From the NCBI GenBank assembly GCA_030728245.1, contig JANQZX010000072.1:17232-81231 (forward strand): a stretch of DNA of 64,000 nt, read 5' to 3'. Of this stretch, positions 55,480-64,000 are shown piece after piece. Positions within the stretch are counted from its first letter, which is position 1. Every line of letters begins with the position of its first letter. Made by a program: the position numbers and the translations under genes. Under the pieces are notes generated by a model, which saw nothing but the letters and a program-made list of their open reading frames with translations, was not told the DNA's origin and ran no database searches. Origin of the DNA: Saprospiraceae bacterium (GTDB lineage Bacteria > Bacteroidota > Bacteroidia > Chitinophagales > Saprospiraceae).

Positions 55480-56361
55480 ATGAAATATTTACTGTCAGTT
55501 TGTTTTTCTTTATTCTTTGTACAGGTTTTTTGCCAGTCTCCAATGGAAGAGATCTTAGTGAGAAAGGCCATTGTTGAGATGTTTGATGGGATGTTTAATG
55601 CAGACAGCGCAAGGGTTCACCAGGTTTTTCATCCTGAAATGAGATTAATGACTGTCGCAGCAGATAAATCAGGTGTGCCCGTTGTTCAGTCAACTAATAT
55701 TGAAACTTTTTTAAAAAGTGTCGGTACCCCCAGAAAGGAAGGTCCATTAGATGAGCGTATCTGGTCCTACAAAATACAAATCGACGGGAGGCTGGCATCT
55801 GTTTGGACACCCTATTCATTTTATGTAGGAAATCAATTCAGTCATTGTGGTACCAATACCTTTCAATTGGTAAAAATGAGTGGAGGTTGGAAAATATTAC
55901 AAATTACAGATACTCGTCAAAAGGATAATTGTCGATTGGGTGTACCTGTAAAACCAGAAGTATTGACTCAACATTTAGATGAGATGGTAACTAAATGGCA
56001 TAAAGCAGCATCAACGGCTGATGAGGAGACCTTTTTTGGCATGATGACGCCCGATGCAATCTATATAGGTACCGATACTACTGAGCGCTGGGTCAGAGAT
56101 ACCTTTAAACGCTGGTCTGCCTTTGCTTTTGAAAGAGAGGTTGCCTGGGATTTTTCAGCCAGTCAACGAAATATTACTGTTTCTAAGGATGGAAACACGG
56201 CATGGTGGGATGAACTTCTCGTTACCTGGATGGGGCCATGTAGAGCAACAGGAGTACTAATTGATACCCCTGACGGGTGGAAAATAAACCATTATCAGCT
56301 TTCTGTAACGGTTCCAAATGATTTGATAAAACCTTTTATTGAATTAACCAAACCAAAATAA
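55480..56361 (+). CDS. Secreted tandem NTF2/SnoaL-like domain protein
   Basis: 293 aa with a signal peptide. Two halves each have a cone-fold-like pattern (first half ...FSHCGTNTFQLVKMSGGWKI..., second half ...GVLIDTPDGWKINHYQLS). Confidence 0.5.
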   Translation: MKYLLSVCFSLFFVQVFCQSPMEEILVRKAIVEMFDGMFNADSARVHQVFHPEMRLMTVAADKSGVPVVQSTNIETFLKSVGTPRKEGPLDERIWSYKIQIDGRLASVWTPYSFYVGNQFSHCGTNTFQLVKMSGGWKILQITDTRQKDNCRLGVPVKPEVLTQHLDEMVTKWHKAASTADEETFFGMMTPDAIYIGTDTTERWVRDTFKRWSAFAFEREVAWDFSASQRNITVSKDGNTAWWDELLVTWMGPCRATGVLIDTPDGWKINHYQLSVTVPNDLIKPFIELTKPK

Positions 56362-56393
56362 CTGACATTTTAAATCTTAAAACCTTATTTGTT

Positions 56394-57152
56394 ATGAATT
56401 ATCATTTTTCAAGAAAAACTATTTTATTAGGATTTGTTTTTCTAACCTTTTCTTCTATTCATTTTGCCAGTGCACAGTCAAAAAATGAAAATGACGCGAT
56501 GCTCAATAAACTAACTCCTGCAGAAATTAAAAAGGGCTGGAAATTATTGTTCGATGGTTCCACGCTTACCGGTTGGAAAACATACAACCGAACGGATATG
56601 GCCACTAGTTGGGGTGTGAAAGATGGAGCAATTTATCTAGATGCCAAAAAGGGCAGAAGTGAGGTTGCCAAAGGTGATTTAGTAACTTTAGAAGACTATG
56701 ATGATTTTGAATTTACAGCTGAATGGAAAATTTCAGATTGTGGTAATAGTGGCATCATGTACCGTATTGTAGAGGATCCGAAATATAAACAACCTTATTT
56801 AACAGGTCCTGAAATGCAGGTACTAGACAATAAATGCCACCCGGACGCAAAAATTATTACTCACCGTTCAGGTGATTTTTATGACGTAATGGCTAGTAAA
56901 ACGGAAAATGTGAAACCTGCCGGTGAGTGGAATTCTGTTAGAATTATTATGAAAGGGTATAAATTGGAACAATGGCAAAATGGCGTAAGACAGATTAAAT
57001 TGACGCTGGGTTCTGATGAAATAAATGCTATTGTGGAAAAAAGTAAATGGAAAAACCAAAAGGATTGGGGAAAGGCGCTTATTGGTAAAATCGGCCTTCA
57101 AGATCATGGCGATGCCGTTTGGTTTCGTAATATTAAAATTCGCAGTTTGTAA
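56394..57152 (+). CDS. DUF1080 (3-keto-disaccharide hydrolase-like) secreted protein
   Basis: 252 aa with a signal peptide. LFDGSTLTGWK near the N-terminus and IGLQDHGDAVWFRNIKIR at the C-terminus are hallmark DUF1080 blocks. Confidence 0.85.
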   Translation: MNYHFSRKTILLGFVFLTFSSIHFASAQSKNENDAMLNKLTPAEIKKGWKLLFDGSTLTGWKTYNRTDMATSWGVKDGAIYLDAKKGRSEVAKGDLVTLEDYDDFEFTAEWKISDCGNSGIMYRIVEDPKYKQPYLTGPEMQVLDNKCHPDAKIITHRSGDFYDVMASKTENVKPAGEWNSVRIIMKGYKLEQWQNGVRQIKLTLGSDEINAIVEKSKWKNQKDWGKALIGKIGLQDHGDAVWFRNIKIRSL

Positions 57153-57179
57153 TTTTTTATTCTTTAAAATAATTTGCGT

Positions 57180-58325
57180 ATGCGCAGAAAAATAAGAATG
57201 GGCATGGTCGGCGGTGGTCGAGGTGCTTTTATAGGCGGAGTTCATAGAATGGCAGCTGCCTTAGATGGTCATATTGATTTAGTTTGTGGCGCCTTTAGCA
57301 GTGATTCCGAAAAATCTCGACTTTCAGGTCAGGACCTTTATTTGCCTGAGGATAGGGTATATGATTCATATAGTCAAATGATTTTAACTGAAAAGGAACT
57401 TCCCGTGGGTGTCCGTATGGACTTCGTTTCTATTGTTACTCCAAATCACATGCATTTTGGACCAGCAAAGATGGCTCTCGAGAATGGTTTTCATGTGGTT
57501 TGTGATAAACCTTTGTGTTTGACTAAAAAGGAGGCTGAAGAATTAGTAGATTTAGTCAATAAATCAGGGCTCATTTTTGCTCTGACCCATAATTATACAG
57601 GTTACCCGATGGTGAAACAGGCTAAAGCCATGATTCGCAATGGAGCATTGGGACACATTCGCAAAGTGGTAGTAGAATATCCTCAAGGTTGGTTATCTAC
57701 CCTGCTTGAAGCGGATGCAAATGCAAAACAGGCCATTTGGCGCACTGACCCAAATCAGTCAGGGGCAGCAGGTTCAATGGGCGATATTGGTACCCATGCA
57801 GAAAATCTGGCAGAGTATATCACTGGTTTGAAAATCAGCGAAATGTGTGCAGATCTTAGCATTTTTGTTCCAGGAAGAAAATTAGATGATGATGGAAATG
57901 TCCTTCTTCGCTTCGAAAATGGTGCTAAAGGGGTTCTTCATGCCAGCCAAATTTGTAATGGTGAAGAGAATAATCTAAATATCAGAGTGTATGGTGAAAA
58001 GGGTGGAATTGCCTGGCGACAAATGGAACCCAATACACTTACGGTTATATATCAAGATAAGCCATCAACTATTTATAGAACAGGATGGGCAGGTTTAGAA
58101 CGTGAAGCTATAGCACATACCCGCATTCCGGCAGGTCATCCTGAAGGTTATCTTGAGGCTTTTGCCAATATTTACAGGAATTTTGCTTTTTGTATTCAGG
58201 CAAGGTTGTCCGGCGAAGAGGTTGATCCCCTTTATACTGATTTCCCCTCCATTGAGGACGGTTTGAGAGGTATGAATTTTGTTGAAAAGGTGGTCGCTTC
58301 AAAAGGTGAATGGATTAAAATGTAA
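57180..58325 (+). CDS. Gfo/Idh/MocA-family NAD(P)-dependent oxidoreductase
   Basis: Rossmann N-terminus IRMGMVGGGRGAFIGGVH and the EKPL-like block CDKPLCLT. ATG at 57180 (listed TTG at 57174). Confidence 0.85.
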   Translation: MRRKIRMGMVGGGRGAFIGGVHRMAAALDGHIDLVCGAFSSDSEKSRLSGQDLYLPEDRVYDSYSQMILTEKELPVGVRMDFVSIVTPNHMHFGPAKMALENGFHVVCDKPLCLTKKEAEELVDLVNKSGLIFALTHNYTGYPMVKQAKAMIRNGALGHIRKVVVEYPQGWLSTLLEADANAKQAIWRTDPNQSGAAGSMGDIGTHAENLAEYITGLKISEMCADLSIFVPGRKLDDDGNVLLRFENGAKGVLHASQICNGEENNLNIRVYGEKGGIAWRQMEPNTLTVIYQDKPSTIYRTGWAGLEREAIAHTRIPAGHPEGYLEAFANIYRNFAFCIQARLSGEEVDPLYTDFPSIEDGLRGMNFVEKVVASKGEWIKM

Positions 58326-58340
58326 GCTAAATTATTAATT

Positions 58341-60482
58341 ATGAAACATTTATTGTTTTTCGTTACCTTAGGTCTTGTCGCTTTCGCTTGCAATAAGACC
58401 GACAAAAAGCCTATACCTTTGATGAAAGTAAATTATCCGGAAACAAAAACTATTGATCATACAGATAATTATTTTGATAGCATTGTGCCAGATCCTTATC
58501 GTTGGTTAGAAGATGATCGGTCGATGGAAACAGGGGAGTGGGTGAAAAGCCAAAATGAGGTGTCTTTCGATTACCTTAATAAAATTCCCTTTCGTGGCGC
58601 TATCAGAGAAAGGCTTGCCAAATTATGGGATTATGAAAAATATTCTGCTCCTTTTAAAGAAGGCGATTACACCTATTTTTATAAAAATGATGGCCTGCAA
58701 AATCAGTATGTACTGTACAGGCAAAAAGGTGAAAATACGCCTGAGGTTTTCTTAAATCCAAATGATTTTTCAACAGATGGTACAACTTCTCTCGCAGGTA
58801 TCGATTTTTCGGTGGATGGGTCAAAATCAGCTTATCAAGTTTCAGAAGGTGGTTCCGATTGGCGTAAAGTGATTGTTTTAGATGCAACATCTAAAAAAAC
58901 ATTGGAAGATACCCTCACTGACGTAAAGTTTTCAGGTCTGGCCTGGAAGGGTTCAGAGGGCTTTTACTACAGTTCTTATGATAAGCCAAATGAGGGAAGC
59001 GCTCTTTCAGGAAAAACACAGTACCATAAATTATTTTATCATAAATTAGGTACACCACAATCAGCTGATTTGCTGGTTTTTGGAGGGGAAAAAACGCCAA
59101 GGAGATATATCGGTGCGTTTGTTACTGAAGATCAACAGTATTTAGTTATTACGGCTGCTGTATCTACCTCAGGTAATGAGTTGTATATTAAAAGTTTAAA
59201 GAATAGTAATGCGCCTATTGTTGAAGTTATTGATAATTTTGAGAAAGAGCATCAAGTAGTTCATTCGGAAGGGGATTGGCTATTTATTTATACGACTTTG
59301 AATGCACCAAACGGGCGCTTAGTCAAAGTGAAAGTATCTAATCCTGCACCCGAAAATTGGACAGACGTCATTTCTGAAAGAAAGCAACCTTTGAGTATAT
59401 CCACCGGAGGTGGCTATTTCTTTGCTTCTTATCTTAAAGATGCCCTCTCTTTAGTAGAACAAGTTGATTTAAATGGTAAGGTAGTGCGTACTATTTCTTT
59501 ACCAGGCAAGGGTACAGCGTCAGGATTTTCAGGAAAATGGGAAGATCCTGTGCTTTACTTTACCTTTACTTCTTACACCCAACCGGCTACTATTTATTCC
59601 TTAGATGTTAAAACGGGAAAGTCATCCATTTATAAAGAAAGTAAGGTCGATTTTAATCCTGCCGATTTTGAATCAAAACAGGTTTTTTATCAATCAAAGG
59701 ATGGTACTAAAGTACCGCTAATCATTACTTATAAAAAGGGATTAGTTTTAAGTGGAAAAAATCCTACTTTGCTTTATGGATACGGTGGATTTAATATAAG
59801 TTTAACGCCGGGCTTCAGTACATCGAATATCGTTTGGATGGAAAATGGGGGTGTTTATGCGGTGGCAAACCTGCGGGGTGGAGGTGAATACGGTGAAGAT
59901 TGGCATGTCCAGGGTACAAAGCTCAAAAAACAGAATGTTTTTGATGATTTTATTGCTGCTGCTGAATATTTAATAAAGGAAAAATACACGACAAAGGAAT
60001 ACCTTGCTATCAGTGGGGGGTCGAACGGTGGATTGTTAGTAGGCGCCGCCATGACACAACGACCTGATTTATTTAAGGTTGCACTCCCAGCTGTTGGGGT
60101 ATTAGATATGTTGCGCTACCATCAGTTTACAGCGGGTGCTGGATGGGCTTTTGATTATGGAACGGCCCAGGATAGCCCTGAGATGTTTAACTATTTGAAG
60201 GGTTATTCTCCATACCATAATTTGAAGGAGGGAGTAACTTATCCTGCTACATTAGTTACAACGGCAGACCATGACGATCGGGTTGTTCCTGCGCACTCAT
60301 TCAAATTTGCCGCCCGTTTACAAAAAGCACACAAAGGTGATTCACCCGTTTTGATCCGCATTGAGACAAATGCTGGTCATGGTGCTGGAAAACCTACGGC
60401 TAAAATAATTGACGAACAAGCTGATAAATGGGCATTCACTTTTTATAATATGAATGTGCCAGTGAAGTACTTGAAGAAATAA
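58341..60482 (+). CDS. Prolyl oligopeptidase (S9A)
   Basis: 713 aa with a lipoprotein-like signal (LVAFAC). N-terminal DPYRWLED, then a beta-propeller. Catalytic residues are Ser in GGSNGGLL, Asp in ADHDDRV and His in AGHGAGK. Confidence 0.95.
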   Translation: MKHLLFFVTLGLVAFACNKTDKKPIPLMKVNYPETKTIDHTDNYFDSIVPDPYRWLEDDRSMETGEWVKSQNEVSFDYLNKIPFRGAIRERLAKLWDYEKYSAPFKEGDYTYFYKNDGLQNQYVLYRQKGENTPEVFLNPNDFSTDGTTSLAGIDFSVDGSKSAYQVSEGGSDWRKVIVLDATSKKTLEDTLTDVKFSGLAWKGSEGFYYSSYDKPNEGSALSGKTQYHKLFYHKLGTPQSADLLVFGGEKTPRRYIGAFVTEDQQYLVITAAVSTSGNELYIKSLKNSNAPIVEVIDNFEKEHQVVHSEGDWLFIYTTLNAPNGRLVKVKVSNPAPENWTDVISERKQPLSISTGGGYFFASYLKDALSLVEQVDLNGKVVRTISLPGKGTASGFSGKWEDPVLYFTFTSYTQPATIYSLDVKTGKSSIYKESKVDFNPADFESKQVFYQSKDGTKVPLIITYKKGLVLSGKNPTLLYGYGGFNISLTPGFSTSNIVWMENGGVYAVANLRGGGEYGEDWHVQGTKLKKQNVFDDFIAAAEYLIKEKYTTKEYLAISGGSNGGLLVGAAMTQRPDLFKVALPAVGVLDMLRYHQFTAGAGWAFDYGTAQDSPEMFNYLKGYSPYHNLKEGVTYPATLVTTADHDDRVVPAHSFKFAARLQKAHKGDSPVLIRIETNAGHGAGKPTAKIIDEQADKWAFTFYNMNVPVKYLKK

Positions 60483-60490
60483 AAAACGCA

Positions 60491-60532
60491 AATATTGAAG
60501 GTGGGTGCAATTATACACCCACCTTCAATATT
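60491..60532. terminator. Strong bidirectional hairpin between convergent genes
   Basis: Perfect 17-bp stem AATATTGAAGGTGGGTG / CACCCACCTTCAATATT with an 8-nt loop, flanked by A-rich sequence on the left and T-rich sequence on the right. Confidence 0.75.
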
Positions 60533-60545
60533 TATGGTAGGATTA

Positions 60546-61385
60546 TTAAAGATTCAATCCAGTAAGTTCCAGGATAAGAGAAGATGCCATGCCATTTAGT
60601 TTCATTTTTTGAGCAATCTCCAATTTGCCTTTTTCTAATCCTACTTCGATTCCTTTCTCTATTCCTACTTCCATTCCTTTTTCCATTCCTCGTTCAATTT
60701 TTAGTCGTTCATCTGTTTCTCTCATACCAGAATAATCGTAGGCCAGAAGTTCTTCTTTGGTCCAGGTTTGGATATTTGCTGACTCAAATGCAGTTTGTAA
60801 ACCTTTATCATCCATATTGTCAGGTATAATATTCAAATGTTCAGCTTCTTTTATAAAGTAAACCCATTTTTCTAAAACTGTATTTAAGTCTTTTAACTCC
60901 AACTTAAATTTAGGTAGTTCTATAAAATTGAATTCCATATCCATTAATAGCCTTTCTCCAGTCTCGACATTCAAAATTTGATGTCTATGGATATATTCGT
61001 CATTATTTGACATGCTAAACTGAAGAATTCCAATAAAAATAGTAGGCCGGAGCTGATCATAAAACACCCCACGATCTATTTGAGAGACATATCCAAGGGA
61101 AGTATAATAAAGTACACGTTTGCTGAATCCGTTTATATCTGCCACTTGCATTTCCACCAAAAATGATCTCCCACTTTCGTCTGTCGCTTTTACGTCAAGT
61201 ATGGTAGATTTTCCATCTCTGAATTTCGGTAATTGGTAGGTATTTGGAAAATACAAATCCGTAATTTTGTGTTCTCCCTCAAGACAGAGTACCGCATTTA
61301 AAAAGGAAATGAGTACCACTTTCTTATTTTCGTCCCCAAAAATTATTCTAAAAGCAATATCATCCGTTACATTGGCAAATTTCAT
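60546..61385 (-). CDS. Rpn/YhgA-family PD-(D/E)XK recombination-promoting nuclease (annotated elsewhere as putative transposase)
   Basis: N-terminal FANVTDDIAFRIIFG...FLNAVL, then ILDVKATDESGRSFLVEMQ (the D..E.Q nuclease core) and a C-terminal GMEKGMEVGIEKGIEVGLEKGK repeat typical of this family. ATG at 61385 (TTG at 61400 is an alternative). Confidence 0.8.
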   Translation of the reverse strand: MKFANVTDDIAFRIIFGDENKKVVLISFLNAVLCLEGEHKITDLYFPNTYQLPKFRDGKSTILDVKATDESGRSFLVEMQVADINGFSKRVLYYTSLGYVSQIDRGVFYDQLRPTIFIGILQFSMSNNDEYIHRHQILNVETGERLLMDMEFNFIELPKFKLELKDLNTVLEKWVYFIKEAEHLNIIPDNMDDKGLQTAFESANIQTWTKEELLAYDYSGMRETDERLKIERGMEKGMEVGIEKGIEVGLEKGKLEIAQKMKLNGMASSLILELTGLNL

Positions 61386-61556
61386 AGTTCTTTTTTTCAA
61401 AGATATACATTAAAAGTCACCATTATATTGGAAGAAACCAAAACTAGGAAAGTGGCGATTTTATGTCAAAATTAATTTTAGGTTTTTTGTCCTTAAAATT
61501 GGGCTTGATTATGTATGAAAATTGAGTATATTTTCTAGCAATCCTCCTGTTTTACT

Positions 61557-62378
61557 CTATTTTATACCAATTCGCCAGGGTTTCCACAACAAATCAATGA
61601 TTGAAACGGTGTGCCTTCCCCAATTTTCATTTTGTCTGGGTATTAATAAGCCAAAGTGAAAAAGGTCAATGGCATGAAACTGGGTATTTTTTTCGTAAAT
61701 ATTGTCCCAGGTTTGTTTCATATCTTCAGACCAGTAGATATCAGAAAGTACTATAATTCCTTCAGGGGAAATATAGTTGGAACATACATTTAGATAATGA
61801 ACTAAAGATTTACCTCTGTGATTTCCATCAATAAAAAGTAAATCTATAGGCGGACATTGAAGTAAAAAAGAAGGTAGTATTTCGTCAAAAGATCCAATTT
61901 GCTGATGGATACGGTCATCTAAGTTTAATTGGGTAAAGGTTTCTGTAGCTATCGCTGCTGTTTCCGGACATCCTTCAATAGTATATATTTCCACGTTTTT
62001 ATTTAAAGAAGCCAGATAAGATGTAGAAAGTCCAAAATGGGTGCCTAATTCTAATATGGTTTTAGTGCCAGATTGATTGGCAAGTAATGCTAACCAAATT
62101 CCTTCTTTAGATGAAACAGGACTATTGGCAGCCATTTTATTAATATATAAGGTGCTCCCTGTCTGAAAATTTGATCCAACGCCAAATTCTGTCTTCGTTA
62201 GCTTTCTATTGTCTTTTAATAAGGATTTTCTTCTGGTTTCAATAGCAGAAAGTTTTGGTTTTTTACCATAAAATAGAGGTAAAAGGAATTTTGCCAATAG
62301 CGGGGAGTGTAAATCATAAATGGTGACCGCACGCTGATAGAATCTTAGAAAATAACTGATTTTTTTTAATAAAAACAT
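61557..62378 (-). CDS. Class I SAM-dependent methyltransferase (O-methyltransferase / Methyltransf_24-like)
   Basis: 273 aa. Motif I is ILELGTHFGLST, and the downstream LLFIDGNH block is typical of cation-dependent O-MT-like enzymes. Confidence 0.7.
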   Translation of the reverse strand: MFLLKKISYFLRFYQRAVTIYDLHSPLLAKFLLPLFYGKKPKLSAIETRRKSLLKDNRKLTKTEFGVGSNFQTGSTLYINKMAANSPVSSKEGIWLALLANQSGTKTILELGTHFGLSTSYLASLNKNVEIYTIEGCPETAAIATETFTQLNLDDRIHQQIGSFDEILPSFLLQCPPIDLLFIDGNHRGKSLVHYLNVCSNYISPEGIIVLSDIYWSEDMKQTWDNIYEKNTQFHAIDLFHFGLLIPRQNENWGRHTVSIIDLLWKPWRIGIK

Positions 62379-62388
62379 GAAAATAAAC

Positions 62389-64000
62389 TTACCTAATTAA
62401 GGCGACAGTTCCACTCTTTGTTTCGATAAATGTTTTCCCATTTCTCCGATAACCTTCAATGGTTGCCATCCATAAAAATATGCCTGGATCTAAATCAATA
62501 CCCCGATGTTGACCGTTCCAGCCCTCTTGGAAATTATTAGTTTTGAAAACTATATTTCCCCACCGGTCTGCAATTTTTAAATCAAAGGATAGGATATCAT
62601 CGCCGTAAAGAAAAAATAAATCATTTATACCATCCTTATTAGGGCTGAAAGCGGTAGGTGCATAGATTTTTGTTGGACATTTTCGTTCTAAAACAATGGT
62701 GTCAACGCCAAAACATCCCCATTCATCCCAAACTTCTACGGTATAGGTATCTTCCTGCTGAACTTGAAAATAAGGAAATGTGCTATTATCCTGCCACAAA
62801 TATTTTGAAAAAAATCCTGCTTGAAGTTTTAAATTAAAAGTAGGTTCATCGGGACATATTAATGCGTCAGCTCCCAGATTGGGTTTTGGATTAGCTTTTA
62901 CAGTTGCCTTGGTTACGCCGGGAAGAGTTGGGCAACCATCTAAGATACCGACCACCGAATAATTTCCTGAAAAAGTAGGGTTTGCCTTTAAAAGGGAAGG
63001 ATTTTTATCAGTGCTGAAAAAATTGTTCGGACCAGTCCATTGATAATTTTCCGATTTTTTATCGTCCACTATGAGTGACAGCGTTTCATTTTCACAAATC
63101 AATATCGAACCTGGAACAGATAGTGTACCTGGAATGGTAATATTTATATTACCTCTTATGGTATCCAGTTTCTTTAAACATTGATCGTTAATAGCTAACA
63201 GAACAGGTTGAGGTCCTAAGGAATTGAAGGAACGTTTGACGATGTTCATTCTGGTACTGTCAGCATTTCCAAAATACCAGAAAAGGGAAAATCGGGGTAG
63301 GGTTAATCCTACATCAAATAAAATGGAGTCATTAAGACATCCACCCTCGGGCAATGGACTGGCATTGATAGGTTTGAAACTTGCTCCACCATTATAAGCA
63401 TACGATTCGGCATTTCCATATCCATAAGCTGTTACGGACATTCCACAACCGTTAGAAATAAGGGTGTGAGAACCGGCATTCACCTTTATCCTTGCATAAG
63501 AATATTTTGAATTTCCAGAAACAGTGCCTATAACTCCTGGAATATTGCCCAAGGGTGTACCATCGAGCGTAACATTTGCAATGTCAGTAGAAAGAGATAC
63601 TACATTGAGATAATTCTCAGTAATCTGTTGGAAATTAGAATTGTAAAGGGTAACTGTATCCCTTATTTGTTCAATACTATTTAATAAAACCATGGAGGGA
63701 TCTCCGAGACGGCTAGGATTTCCGCCACACTGGCCTCCAACATTATATTGAGCTACAGCAATGGGTTTATCAGAAGAAATATAGGTGGATTCCCCTTTTT
63801 GATATTCAATAAATTGTCCTTTATTTAATTTATAAGTATCCTTTATGCTACCTTGGATATTTACGGTCGTTTCATCTTCCGACGCTAATATTCTGAAAAC
63901 ATCGAGGGTTACCTGAGCACTTAAAACGGAAATAAATTCTTTGCCCCAGGTTGAGATTGGATACATTTGTTCCAATAAATTATCTCTGGCATCACATATC
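62389..64000 (-). CDS. Large cell-surface protein with type B T9SS (gliding motility-associated, CHU_C) C-terminal domain; N-terminus outside window
   Basis: The frame stays open from 63975 to the window edge. The C-terminal APTAFSPNKDGINDLFFLYGDD...IADRWGNIVFKT...GWNGQ block matches the type B sorting domain. The upstream part is beta-rich with Ig-like repeats. Confidence 0.8.
   Translation of the reverse strand, partial: ICDARDNLLEQMYPISTWGKEFISVLSAQVTLDVFRILASEDETTVNIQGSIKDTYKLNKGQFIEYQKGESTYISSDKPIAVAQYNVGGQCGGNPSRLGDPSMVLLNSIEQIRDTVTLYNSNFQQITENYLNVVSLSTDIANVTLDGTPLGNIPGVIGTVSGNSKYSYARIKVNAGSHTLISNGCGMSVTAYGYGNAESYAYNGGASFKPINASPLPEGGCLNDSILFDVGLTLPRFSLFWYFGNADSTRMNIVKRSFNSLGPQPVLLAINDQCLKKLDTIRGNINITIPGTLSVPGSILICENETLSLIVDDKKSENYQWTGPNNFFSTDKNPSLLKANPTFSGNYSVVGILDGCPTLPGVTKATVKANPKPNLGADALICPDEPTFNLKLQAGFFSKYLWQDNSTFPYFQVQQEDTYTVEVWDEWGCFGVDTIVLERKCPTKIYAPTAFSPNKDGINDLFFLYGDDILSFDLKIADRWGNIVFKTNNFQEGWNGQHRGIDLDPGIFLWMATIEGYRRNGKTFIETKSGTVALIR

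Noticed and set aside
56868-57245. 125-aa minus-strand ORF
   Set aside because: Antisense to the DUF1080 gene end and the oxidoreductase gene start. No motif or start context.
60546-61400. Rpn-family gene as an insertion sequence or mobile element
   Set aside because: No terminal inverted repeats or direct target duplications are visible in the flanks. The 17-bp hairpin at 60491-60532 is a terminator-type palindrome and not an IS end.

Overview
AT-rich chromosomal segment that looks like Bacteroidota. The evidence is a complete type IX secretion/gliding core block (porP/sprF-like, gldK, gldL, gldM, gldN), cargo proteins with type A and type B T9SS C-terminal sorting domains, and several TAnnTTTG -7 promoter boxes. 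I can support about 52 protein-coding genes, packed tightly on both strands, and one tRNA-Ser(GGA). There are also several strong hairpin terminators between convergent genes. I saw no rRNA, no CRISPR array, no IS element with recognisable terminal inverted repeats and no prophage. Most of the content is core or envelope function: rplU-rpmA, def, ruvX, rnhA, tatD, manA, trhO, exbB-exbD-exbD, prolyl oligopeptidase and ABC transporters. I do not see an unambiguous new system. The four best candidates are listed here. (1) A secreted three-gene amidohydrolase-fold cluster, translationally tight with an NlpC/P60 lipoprotein, in which only the middle paralog keeps the metal-binding HxH motif (36216-41414). 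(2) An ABC-2 ATPase/permease pair split by a heparinase II/III-like gene and a Cys-type sulfatase gene in one tight operon (46825-53103). (3) A four-gene minus-strand operon of a TMTC-like GT-C/TPR protein, a GH3-serine hydrolase fusion, a HEAT/cytochrome c giant and a pentapeptide-repeat protein (27143-36031). (4) A haloperoxidase-like lipoprotein, DASS transporter and M20 hydrolase operon (20724-24741). All family assignments come from motif recognition by eye in the supplied translations. No database search was run.
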